Source of the DNA: an uncultured Desulfovibrionaceae bacterium
GTDB lineage: Bacteria > Desulfobacterota > Desulfovibrionia > Desulfovibrionales > Desulfovibrionaceae
Length of the DNA stretch: 64,000 nt
Assembly (NCBI GenBank): GCA_964369685.1
Contig: CAYJFB010000003.1
Span: 13,549-77,548 of the forward strand
Reading direction: 5' to 3'
The position numbers were made by a program, and so were the translations under genes. The notes beneath the pieces are model-generated. The model saw nothing but the letters and a program-made list of their open reading frames with translations. It had not been told where the DNA came from and did no database searches. Of the stretch, positions 9,870 to 19,100 are shown piece by piece (the first letter of the stretch is position 1; every line of letters begins with the position of its first letter).

Positions 9870-10259
9870 ATGTTAGGTATCGTACTTGTTTCACACAGTA
9901 AGAAGCTTTCTGAAGGTGTTGCCGAGCTAGTTGGGATGTTGGCCAAAGATGTTCCTGTAGCTGCTGCAGGCGGTCTTGATGATGGCAGTTTTGGCACCAG
10001 TTTTTATAAAATTACAGCTGCGTTGGGTAAGGTTATTGATGCAGACGGAGTTATAGTTTTATGTGATATGGGAAGTGCCATAATGACTACCGAAATGGCT
10101 TTGGAAGCGTTAAATGATCCGAAAATTCGGATGGTGAACGCACCACTTGTTGAAGGGGCTTTGGTCGTTGCCATGGCTTCCATGACAGGCCAAAGTTTGG
10201 AAGAGGCTTTGAAGCAGTTGGCGCAACCGAATGTTTTTGACAAAGGTATTGCGAGTTAA
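9870..10259 (+). CDS. dhaM: DhaM-type PTS EIIA(Man)-like phosphotransfer protein (stand-alone EIIA domain)
   Basis: MLGIVLVSHSKKLSEGV is the typical N-terminus of the mannose-family EIIA/DhaM domain. The gene sits directly after dhaL. Confidence 0.85.
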   Translation: MLGIVLVSHSKKLSEGVAELVGMLAKDVPVAAAGGLDDGSFGTSFYKITAALGKVIDADGVIVLCDMGSAIMTTEMALEALNDPKIRMVNAPLVEGALVVAMASMTGQSLEEALKQLAQPNVFDKGIAS

Positions 10260-10264
10260 AAACA

Positions 10265-10522
10265 ATGAAAATGTATACACATGTTATTGCGGATGCTGTC
10301 GGTATTCATGCTCGTCCGGCAAGTGTTCTGATGAAAGCTGCAAGTTCTTTTTGTTCAACGGTCACCTTGAGTAAAGGTGAAAAGACTGTTGGTGTAAAAC
10401 AATTTTTTGCACTTATGGGTCTTGGAGTCAAACATGGTGATACGATTGTACTGAGGGTTGAGGGCACAGATGAAGAGCAAGCTATGGAGCGCTTACAAAT
10501 CTTGTTGAAAAAAGAATTTTAA
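10265..10522 (+). CDS. HPr-family phosphocarrier protein
   Basis: 85 aa. GIHARPAS contains the His-15 phosphorylation motif. Confidence 0.9.
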   Translation: MKMYTHVIADAVGIHARPASVLMKAASSFCSTVTLSKGEKTVGVKQFFALMGLGVKHGDTIVLRVEGTDEEQAMERLQILLKKEF

Positions 10523-10529
10523 TATTTTT

Positions 10530-10586
10530 CATCACCGCCTCACAGCGATAAGGGGAGCCGGGGGAAAGTATTTCCCCCGGAAAAAA
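10530..10586 (-). repeat. Stop-codon-proximal repeat, short copy H (read on the minus strand, directly after the cooF stop)
   Basis: The minus strand reads TAA-TTTTTT-CCGGGGGAAA-TAC-TTTCCCCCGG-CTCCCCTTATCG...GAGGCGGTGAT. This is the same order of modules as the copies at 24389 and 47224. Confidence 0.6.
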
Positions 10587-11084
10587 TTACGCTTCAACCA
10601 GGACGCGTGCTTGGGCAGGGCAGGCTTCAACACAGGCCGGTACATCTTTTCCTTCTTTTTTTCGCCAATCTTCACACATGTCACAGCGTACGGCAATGGA
10701 GCGCAAGAAGTGTTGTGCGATGGTTTCGCCTTTGGGGTTTGGCAGGCCGATGTCTTCAATGCGGATCGCACCGTATGGGCAGGCCATGATGCAAAGCATA
10801 CATCCTGAACAAAACTGTGCGTTGGCGCTGATCGCGCCTTCTGCATCTTGTGCGAGGACTCCGGTCGGGCAAATACGTACACACGGTGCGTTGTCGCATT
10901 GACGGCACGAGATCGGCACTTTTAATGAACCTTCTTTAATAACACGCACACGAGCTACCAATTCATCACGTTTTTTGATGGCTTCTTTAAACGTTAGGCC
11001 ATTATGTGCGGCAATACAAGCGATCTCACAGCGTCGACATGCGCGACACTTTTGCGGTATGGAGTCTACACGATAATGACTCAT
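10587..11084 (-). CDS. cooF: CooF/HycB-like 4Fe-4S polyferredoxin
   Basis: Several CxxCxxCxxxCP motifs are present (CRACRRCEIAC, CRQCDNAPCVRICP, CSGCMLCIMACP). It is the last gene of the coo cluster. Confidence 0.8.
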   Translation of the reverse strand: MSHYRVDSIPQKCRACRRCEIACIAAHNGLTFKEAIKKRDELVARVRVIKEGSLKVPISCRQCDNAPCVRICPTGVLAQDAEGAISANAQFCSGCMLCIMACPYGAIRIEDIGLPNPKGETIAQHFLRSIAVRCDMCEDWRKKEGKDVPACVEACPAQARVLVEA

Positions 11085-11261
11085 AACAATATCCTTTACA
11101 GTATGCTTTTAATACATTTGCGTTTTACAATGGTTTATTTTTGACGAAACGGCGTGTTCGTAGTTGAGTGTGGCACGGAGCATGATACACTCAAAAAGAA
11201 TCTTGCGGTCTTTAAAAATCAACATAAATAAACATATTTTGACAATTACAACCGTGAACTT

Positions 11262-11630
11262 TTACAGAGTTTGTTCAACTGGTTTTTCATAGGCTTCTAT
11301 AGACTGAATAAGGCAACAATTACCGCCTGTATAGGTATATGTTGTAGCACCGCATTGGGGGCAAGCAGTCGGACGCGCTGTTTTGAGCTGAAAGCCGTGT
11401 TTACAGGTTTGGCACGAAGCGTCGGCAGGAATGCGCGCAATAAACAGTTCTGCACCTTCAGCAGCCGTGTTTTCAGCCAGCAGTTCAAACGCTGCTTGGA
11501 GCGCGTGTGTTTCAATTGCGTTAAAAATACCCAGATGTAAGACAATCCGAGATATCTTATTGACTTGATATTTTTGTGATTCCTCAAGCACAATATGTAA
11601 TAAAGAAACAGCGATTCCGGTTTCATGCAT
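11262..11630 (-). CDS. hypA: Hydrogenase nickel-insertion protein HypA
   Basis: MHETGIAVSLL..., CQTCKHGF and CPQCG are present. The start at 11630 avoids overlap with cooH. Confidence 0.88.
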   Translation of the reverse strand: MHETGIAVSLLHIVLEESQKYQVNKISRIVLHLGIFNAIETHALQAAFELLAENTAAEGAELFIARIPADASCQTCKHGFQLKTARPTACPQCGATTYTYTGGNCCLIQSIEAYEKPVEQTL

Positions 11631-11671
11631 ATTTATCACCTGAGTCAAGTTTTTTGACTTGGCGGAAAAAG

Positions 11672-12880
11672 TTAGCGTTCTGTACAGGATACACAAGGAT
11701 CAATGCTGTTTACAATGACAGAGATGTCTGCAAGCTGGCAATCTTTCATCATCACAGAGAGTGCTTCCCAGTTCATGTAGGATGGCACGCGCCATTTGAG
11801 ACGTTCAGGTGTGTCTGAGCCATCGGTACGAACATAATAAATCAGTTCGCCACGCGGGGCTTCAGAACGTGCCACGGCTTCTGTTGTGGGCACTTCCGGC
11901 ATCGGATTGACCAATGCGCCTTGAGGCATTTTATCCATACATTGTCTTAGGATAGTGATGGATTCAAAAATTTCACGCAAACGCACCATGATTCGTGCAA
12001 GGACATCGCCTTCTGTTTCGGTGATGATTGTAAAATCGAGTTCCGGATAGACTAAATATCGAGTGTCACGGCGCACATCGGTTGCGATGCCGGAGGCACG
12101 CGCCACAGGGCCTACGAGACCATAATCCAGTGCATCGGCATGGGGCATACGTCCCACGTCGCGTGCGCGTCGAGCGACGGTGGGATCGGATTGGTAGAGT
12201 TTCAGCACATCGTGTGCCGCCACTTCGACTTTGTCTAAACGTTCACGCAAATAATCAAGCAAGGCGTTGTCCAAATCGACTTTGACGCCACCGATACAGT
12301 TTGCGGAAAGATTCATGCGGTTGCCATAGAGAGTTTCTTTGACATCTTGCATGTATTCGCGGATTTCCATCAAATGTAGGAATAATGCAGTAAAACCCAC
12401 ATTGTGTCCAAAAATAGCCACATTGAAAAGGTGCGAGGCAATTCTTTTGATTTCTTCAGCCATGACGCGTAAATATTGGGCTCTGAGGGGGACTTCAAGG
12501 CCGAGGGCATTTTCAATGACCATACAATATGTCAGGCTATGGCTGTTTGAGCATAATGAACAAACGCGTTCGACTAACGTGGTATTTTTAAAAAGGTTGC
12601 GTTGGGTTGCCATGCCTTCCATACCGCGATGTACATGACCCGATGAAATGCGAACATGGCGTACGATTTCACCTTCCAGGGTCAATTTAAAATAGACCGG
12701 TTCTTCAAGAGCAACATGCACAGGTCCCAAGGGTAGTGTGTATGTTGCTATATGTTTTTCGTCCTGCGTTGCAGAACGTGTTTGATCGACAGGGTGTGTG
12801 GGGCTTGTATGTTGTGTTGAACATTCTTGATCACTTGATTGTGTTGTTTTTTTTTGCTGCCCATCGTCATGCCCATTCAT
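11672..12880 (-). CDS. cooH: Group-4 [NiFe] hydrogenase large subunit (CooH/EchE/NuoD-like)
   Basis: The N-terminal Ni-ligand motif is RVCSLCSNSHS and the C-terminal motif is DPCVSCTER. The ATG at 12880 is preceded by AGGAGG. Confidence 0.9.
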   Translation of the reverse strand: MNGHDDGQQKKTTQSSDQECSTQHTSPTHPVDQTRSATQDEKHIATYTLPLGPVHVALEEPVYFKLTLEGEIVRHVRISSGHVHRGMEGMATQRNLFKNTTLVERVCSLCSNSHSLTYCMVIENALGLEVPLRAQYLRVMAEEIKRIASHLFNVAIFGHNVGFTALFLHLMEIREYMQDVKETLYGNRMNLSANCIGGVKVDLDNALLDYLRERLDKVEVAAHDVLKLYQSDPTVARRARDVGRMPHADALDYGLVGPVARASGIATDVRRDTRYLVYPELDFTIITETEGDVLARIMVRLREIFESITILRQCMDKMPQGALVNPMPEVPTTEAVARSEAPRGELIYYVRTDGSDTPERLKWRVPSYMNWEALSVMMKDCQLADISVIVNSIDPCVSCTER

Positions 12881-12945
12881 GCCTATTCCTCCTGTGACCC
12901 GACTGTTGAAGCCGTGATGGCCACATCCTTGTACAATATTGCTGA

Positions 12946-13614
12946 TTATTTGCGTCCGCTTTTGGCTTCCGAGGGGAAGGGGTGCGCCATTTCCTGATGC
13001 AGAGAGGGATCGACCAAAGGTGGCCAAGGTTCTGCGGGGCCGTCAGGCTCTGGAAATACGCTGTGGGGGGCGGCGCTGAGGTTCATTGCGGTGATGTGTT
13101 CCCACATATCCGAAGTGCAGGTTCCGTTCATCATGGTAGAGAGTGGAATGCTTTCACGCAGGATGCCTTCTTCGATAGATTCGTCCAAAAAGAGTCTGTC
13201 GGGATTATTATTGCCTTCAAAAGTGAGGCTATAGAGCTCTGCGCATTCTCTTTCATTCCAATCGGCATTCCGAAACCATGTTGTGATGCTTGGCACTGAA
13301 TTGTTATCGTTTTCAAGGGGGACAACAATAGAGAATACGGCACCGTCTATATCAAAATGATAGTCCAGAAAAAGGCGAGCATCACTGAGCACAGCGTGTG
13401 CCAATGCGGTCACAGTGCATAATCTGGCTTTATAGTTTCGGAGTACCTTTGCGGTTTTCGGTAAATCTTCTTTATTGTGCAAGGTTGCCCATACAAACAC
13501 ATTGCCCCATTGATCGGTAGTGCGGGTGCACGAGGCCGAGAGCCCGATCAATGCAGTAATCACTTCGGGATTGGGATGGCTACTTGAAAAAGCATTGTTT
13601 ACCGTTGATTCCAT
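12946..13614 (-). CDS. cooU: NuoC/30-kDa-like hydrogenase subunit (CooU)
   Basis: WFRNADWNERECAELYSLTFEGNNNPDRLFL resembles the NuoC signature. The gene lies between cooX and cooH. A GAGGAG SD is present. Confidence 0.8.
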   Translation of the reverse strand: MESTVNNAFSSSHPNPEVITALIGLSASCTRTTDQWGNVFVWATLHNKEDLPKTAKVLRNYKARLCTVTALAHAVLSDARLFLDYHFDIDGAVFSIVVPLENDNNSVPSITTWFRNADWNERECAELYSLTFEGNNNPDRLFLDESIEEGILRESIPLSTMMNGTCTSDMWEHITAMNLSAAPHSVFPEPDGPAEPWPPLVDPSLHQEMAHPFPSEAKSGRK

Positions 13615-13913
13615 AACGTACTCCTCATTGTCAGCATGGAGTTTATTCTTGGGCGGGGTGTTCTTTGCATAGTAAACCTACTGTTATTTTCTACAACAGT
13701 GAGGCTTTCCCTCAGTATCCAAGTAATAAAAACTCCCAGCAATGGCTAGTGATGTAACATTCAGAAGAGTTTAACATTTTTCTTAGGAGCAGAAGAACTC
13801 TTAAAGACACAATGTTACGGTTTACACGTTCTTGATGATTCTTGTATCACAACAAAAACGTTTTGTCTTTTTGCTACTGCGAGACTTTTTGCCATTGTAC
13901 TTTTTTAATGTTT

Positions 13914-13939
13914 TTTATGCAAAACATTTTTTGCATAAA
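13914..13939. promoter_or_regulatory. AT-rich perfect inverted repeat (11-bp arms, 4-nt spacer) inside the cooX-cooU spacer
   Basis: TTTATGCAAAA-CATT-TTTTGCATAAA, read directly from the sequence. Confidence 0.5.
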
Positions 13940-14011
13940 TGAAACTCGCTGTAGAGATTATCAAACAATTGTATGGAATTTTTTTGAAAGAACATAGTGT
14001 TGATAGCCGGT

Positions 14012-14650
14012 TCATGAAGAGCTTTTTTCTTTTTTGTCACTTAAAAGACAGACATTGCCTTGTTCACTAAGTTTTTTCAGGTGATTGATTGGACACGCTT
14101 TATCATCGCTAATAAGTGTTTCAAGGTGATCGATGCGGCACGCACGGTCATCACTGATGGCGGTTTCCAATCGTCGACAATCGGGACACAAGTGTGTGAT
14201 GTGTCGCACATTCATTTCAGGATGCTCTGCATAGACTTTTGCAACAAGGGCTGTCGGTAAAAAGCGCATACGTTTTCCACAACCTTCGCAGATGTCATAG
14301 GTGACAGCCGCACGAGTTAACCACATATATTTTTCGCTGTTCCGATGGGTGTTGTGCCAGTTGTTGCTTAAGGTGATGGCTTTTGTCGGACAGTAATGTC
14401 GACATTGGCCGCAAAGACAACAGGTGTTGCGCCAAACGGTGATTTCGAAACCGCTGCCGTCTTCTTTACGTGCCAAGTTAATAGCACCCGCAACGCACAC
14501 ATGCATACAGGTTCCGCAACCCACACATAAAGCGGCATTGACTTCAACGCGTGCGCGCAAGCGTTCCGGTGTCAGGCTTTCATCGGGTGGAAATGGTTCT
14601 GTAACGGGACCTTTTTGCACATTTCGCCAAAGCATTTTCAGGACATTCAT
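14012..14650 (-). CDS. cooX: NuoI/HycF-like 2x[4Fe-4S] subunit (CooX) with an extended Cys-containing C-terminus
   Basis: CVGCGTCMHVC and CCLCGQCRHYCP are present. The ATG at 14650 follows AAGGCG. The ORF-track start at 14689 is a TTG. Confidence 0.8.
   Translation of the reverse strand: MNVLKMLWRNVQKGPVTEPFPPDESLTPERLRARVEVNAALCVGCGTCMHVCVAGAINLARKEDGSGFEITVWRNTCCLCGQCRHYCPTKAITLSNNWHNTHRNSEKYMWLTRAAVTYDICEGCGKRMRFLPTALVAKVYAEHPEMNVRHITHLCPDCRRLETAISDDRACRIDHLETLISDDKACPINHLKKLSEQGNVCLLSDKKEKSSS
14081..14170 (-). repeat. 45-nt tandem duplication inside the cooX 3-prime coding region
   Basis: The units 14081-14125 and 14126-14170 encode HLETLISDDKACPIN and RLETAISDDRACRID. Confidence 0.75.
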
Positions 14651-14737
14651 ATCAATCGCCTTATGTATATTTCGTTTTTTCTGGAACAACGTGTTGAGCC
14701 TTCACGTGTTCCTCAAGAAAGCGAAAGGTAAAACATG

Positions 14738-15166
14738 TTAATATCGTTCTCGCCAAAGAGCGACGGCTTCGGCAACACCTTCAATGATGGATTGGGGGCG
14801 CGGTGGACAGCCCGGGATATTGATATCAATGGGGATATAGCGATCGACAGGCCCAACAATTGAATATCCTTCGCGGAAGACACCGCCGGAGATGGGGCAA
14901 ATGCCCACTGCCACCGTGATTTTGGGTGCAGGAATTTCGTTCCAGACTCGCAAGACTTTATCTTTGACTCGTGCGGTAAGCGGCCCTGTGATCAGCACAA
15001 TATCCGCATGGCGCGGACTGCCGCAATAGCGACAACCCAAGCGTTCCACATCAAAACGTGCGATGCAAGCGGTTGTTGCCAATTCCACATCACAGCCGTT
15101 GCAGGAGCCTGCATTGATACGAAACAGCCACGGAGATTGCGGAGCCAGAGTTTGTAAAATATTCAT
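14738..15166 (-). CDS. cooL: Group-4 hydrogenase small subunit (CooL/NuoB-like)
   Basis: CNGCDVE, GSPRHADIVLITGP and IPGCPPRP are present. The ATG at 15166 lies downstream of the cooK stop. Confidence 0.9.
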   Translation of the reverse strand: MNILQTLAPQSPWLFRINAGSCNGCDVELATTACIARFDVERLGCRYCGSPRHADIVLITGPLTARVKDKVLRVWNEIPAPKITVAVGICPISGGVFREGYSIVGPVDRYIPIDINIPGCPPRPQSIIEGVAEAVALWRERY

Positions 15167-15182
15167 AGCAGGTATCCTACGT

Positions 15183-16178
15183 TTACGAGGTGAGCCAAAC
15201 CAATAATAAAGAGAGTAACGCCAATCCCAAAGGCCATGTGAGAAAAAAGCGTAAGGCCTGTTCAACACGCATTCGTCCCGAACTTGCACGCGCCAAGGTG
15301 AGCCCTATAAACATAAAAAGAGCACATTTCAGCATAAACCAACCCAAATTGAGCAGACCATTCCATAAACTTCCGAGGCTTTCTATTTGTATGGTTCCTG
15401 GGAAGAAAAGGACAACACCGAGTCCCAACACCACAACATTTTTTAAAGCTGTGGCAAGATGAAAAAGTGCCAACGGTGCACCCGAGTATTCCAAAAGGGG
15501 GCCTTCCAGTAATTCAGTTTCGGCTTCGGGAATATCAAAAGGTGGAACGCCCATAGTACCGGGAAGGAATGCGAGCCATGCAAGTAAGGCGGGGATCAAC
15601 CTCCAATCTAAGCCAAACGAGCCGTTTGCCCATTGTGCTTCAACGATGCTTGCGAGTGAAAAGGTGACATTCGCGGAGTTTTCATCCATGAGCGCACCGG
15701 CACGCAATGCCACGGCTAAAACAATCAAAATCAAGGGCAATTCGTAGGCTAACATTAAAAGTGTTTCACGCGAAAAACCGAGACCGCCAAACGGTGAAGC
15801 TGAGGCTGACCCTGCCAACATGAGTGCAATGGCGGGTAAAGGAAAACAATAAAGCAAGACCAACAAATCGGCAGCAAAAGGTAATCCCTGTGTGACACCA
15901 GGCACAGGTACAAGCGCTGCACACAGCGCAGCACCGCCAAAGGCCAGGACAGGCGCTGCCAAAAAAGCTTTGGGTGCCGCACCTTTTGGGATGAGTATTT
16001 CTTTTGTACACAGTTTTGCTATATCTAAGGCCGGTTGAAGAAGCGGCGGACCGATACGTCGTTGTAAACGCGCGTTCATACGGCGATCAAGGCCTTTCAA
16101 GAGCAAACCGAAGCATAGAGCAAAAAGGCCGCCGGGGAAAATGAACAAGTGTAAAAGACCGATAAAGGTTTCCCACAT
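15183..16178 (-). CDS. cooK: NuoH/HycD-like integral membrane subunit (CooK)
   Basis: A polytopic 331-aa protein. RRIGPPLLQP and the EAETELLEGPLLEYSG loop are typical of the NuoH family. Confidence 0.85.
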   Translation of the reverse strand: MWETFIGLLHLFIFPGGLFALCFGLLLKGLDRRMNARLQRRIGPPLLQPALDIAKLCTKEILIPKGAAPKAFLAAPVLAFGGAALCAALVPVPGVTQGLPFAADLLVLLYCFPLPAIALMLAGSASASPFGGLGFSRETLLMLAYELPLILIVLAVALRAGALMDENSANVTFSLASIVEAQWANGSFGLDWRLIPALLAWLAFLPGTMGVPPFDIPEAETELLEGPLLEYSGAPLALFHLATALKNVVVLGLGVVLFFPGTIQIESLGSLWNGLLNLGWFMLKCALFMFIGLTLARASSGRMRVEQALRFFLTWPLGLALLSLLLVWLTS

Positions 16179-16181
16179 GAC

Positions 16182-19100
16182 TTAAGCTCCTTGCTCTTTG
16201 TTGCTGTTGACGTGTTCTCCGCAGGGCTCGGGTGTGCAAGTACTGTGTGTCTCGGAAACCGTAAAACATTCAAGCCAAAACGGTGCCAAGATTCGTTGTG
16301 TCAGCGTATTATAGGCGTTTATGATGTTGGTATTGCAGGCTTTGCATATGTCAAGAAGTGCATTGATATTTTTTTGTGTCGCCATGAGGAACGGTTGCAG
16401 TCCGTAGTGTTTTTCCATGCGCAGTAGAGCGGTGAAGGCTTGGAAGATGTTTTCCGGCGGCAAACGGTGTCCAAAGGCTTCTTGTATATCAACGCCACAA
16501 CTGTGTGGTGCGGTATGACGGACACGCACGGCCTGCATCAGTGAACGCAAGAACCACGCCGCACCGCCAAAAGCCAAAACAGCCATGGAGCCGACAGCCA
16601 ACGCATTCCACGTTCCCGAACCGCTTGTAATGCCGACAAGAGAGATGTCCAAGGGATTGAGTCCTGTTTCACTCAAAATGCTGTTGACAGGCGAGAGCAA
16701 CAGTCCCGGGAAAAAGCCCAAGAATAGGGTGAGGCTTGCCAGTATAACCATGGGAATGAGCATGGATTTTGGCAATTCGCGTCCTTCTGATGTTTGATGT
16801 ACTTGTATTGTCGGGTTGGGGTGTCCAAGGAAAATGACATGCAGAGCGCGTGCCAAATAGGCCAAAGTGATTGCGCTGCCTGCCAAAGAAATCAATGCCA
16901 ACAGGATTTCGCCTTGTTCCATGAGTGCTTGGTAAATCATCCATTTGGGTAAGAATCCGTTGGTTGGTGGAATGGCTGCTGCAGCCAGAGCCGCGATGGC
17001 AAAGCAACTCATGGTGACTGGCATGGTGCGTCCGAGTCCACCGAGATCGCGCAAATATTCGCGACCTGAAGCAAACATGACCGCCCCAGCAGTCAAAAAG
17101 AGTAAATCTTTAAACAACATGTGACTGAAAAGATGAACAAGGCCGCCGGCAACGCCAAGGGAAGTGCCAAGTGCAACCCCCAAGACCATGTAACCGATTT
17201 GACTGACGGTTGACCAGATAAAAATCATTTTGATTTTTTCTTGTACCATGGCTTTGAGTGCGGCAGTGATCAAGGTCAGTGCGCCTGCCCAGGCCACAAG
17301 ATACATGACGGTGCCTTGATGTAACGGATCGCCTTGGGTTAAGAGTTCGAGGCTACCGAAGATTAAGAACAGTTTGGCGAGTCCAAACACAGCGATTTTT
17401 AAGAGCACAGAAGAGATATAGCCCGAAACAGGTGTCGGTGCAAAATTGGGGTGCATTTGCCAGTCGATGCGTAAACAAAGTTGTGCGGCTTTCAAAACAA
17501 AGCCTGTCGCCAATAAGCCCATGACGGTTGTAGACCATATGGGATCCATACTGAGCAGCGTCTGACGAATCGTGTCAAGTTTGGATGCGCCGCCGATGCC
17601 GACCAAGATACCGATACCTAAGAAAAGGCAAGCCGCACCGGCAATATTGAAGAGAAAATATTTAAAGGCGTCTTGTACAGCTTCACGGGTTTCTTCGTGA
17701 GCAATCACGAAATAGAGTGCCCAAGAACTCATGATTTCCCAGAAGGTGAAAAAACCGAAGATGTTTTGGCTTGTTGCCACGCCGAGCAGACCGCTGCTCA
17801 TGAACAAAAAGAATATATAAAAGCGCCATTGTTTATGGCTGTGCGACATATAGCCGCGAGCATACAGCATATTGAGGGCGCCCATCAGCGGAATGGAGAG
17901 GGCGAGTGTGAAAGACAGCGTGTCGAGTTGGCCGTTAAAGAAAGGGAGTGCAGCCGCCGTGAAGACTAAGACTGTAGCGGTAGCCTGTGCGGCACGTTTT
18001 GGATTGTTGCGGTGCAGAAAAGGCAGGATCGCACCTGCCATGGGCAACAGAATGGGGAGTTCCCAGCCCACATGCAGATCGGGTACTGTTCCTGCGGCGA
18101 GGCGTCCTGCTTCGACCAGCATGTTGGTTACAGGTGTAACAAGAGAGAGTCCCAATTGTGGTACCAATCCCAAAATCAAACAGAGTGCTGCAAGAATGAC
18201 AAGGGGTATACAGAGACTTAGCGGTGTTTCGTTGTAATTTTTTGTGTTTCCTTGGACATTGTTTTGTTGCATGTGTTGCAACAGTGCGGCAGAGGGCGCA
18301 TCAAAGAGGATTGTGCGGAGTATGCGCATATAGTACATCGCCCCGATCAGGCTTGCAATGAGTAAAGCGACAGCTAAAAGGCTGTGTCCTGCTTGAATAC
18401 AGGCGACAATCATCAAGTATTTGCCTACAAAGCCGTTCAATGGCGGCAAGCCCATGATGGACACGAGGCCGATGGCCATACATGTTGTTGTGATAGGCAT
18501 GAAACGCACAATGCCTGCCATGTCGCTCAATGTGCGGCTTCCTGCACGAAGGATGAGCGCGCCCGCACCCAAAAAGAGTAAATCTTTCATGATTGCATGA
18601 TTGAGAACGTGCAAGAGGCTACTGGTCAGAGCCAGCCACGTGCCGAGGCCGAGTACAGCGACAATCTCGCCGATTTGTCCGATGGTGGAATAGGCCAACA
18701 TGCGTTTGATATCATCTTGTTTGAGTGCCATCCATTCACCGTACATCATGGTCACAATGCCGACAGCAACCAAGAGTCCACCGAAAAAGCTGAGTCCTGA
18801 GGGGCCTGTTCCGACAGTCATGAGTGCGTCACTGCCCAGCATGATATACATGACGAGAAATATTCCGAAGAGGCCTGTTTTTGTGAGCACGCCCGAGAGC
18901 GGTGCAGAAATGGGTGAGGGTGCTTCGGGGTGTGCCGTCGGTAACCACGAGTGTAAGGGCACAAGGCCTGCTTTGGCTGCAAAACCAATCACGGCAAGGA
19001 GTAAAGCTCCGCCAATAAGAGAGGGACTGAGTGTCGCGGTAAAACTGACAGCAGAATGCAAACTCAATGTGGGGCCTGCCAAAGCGAACAGTGCAGGGAT

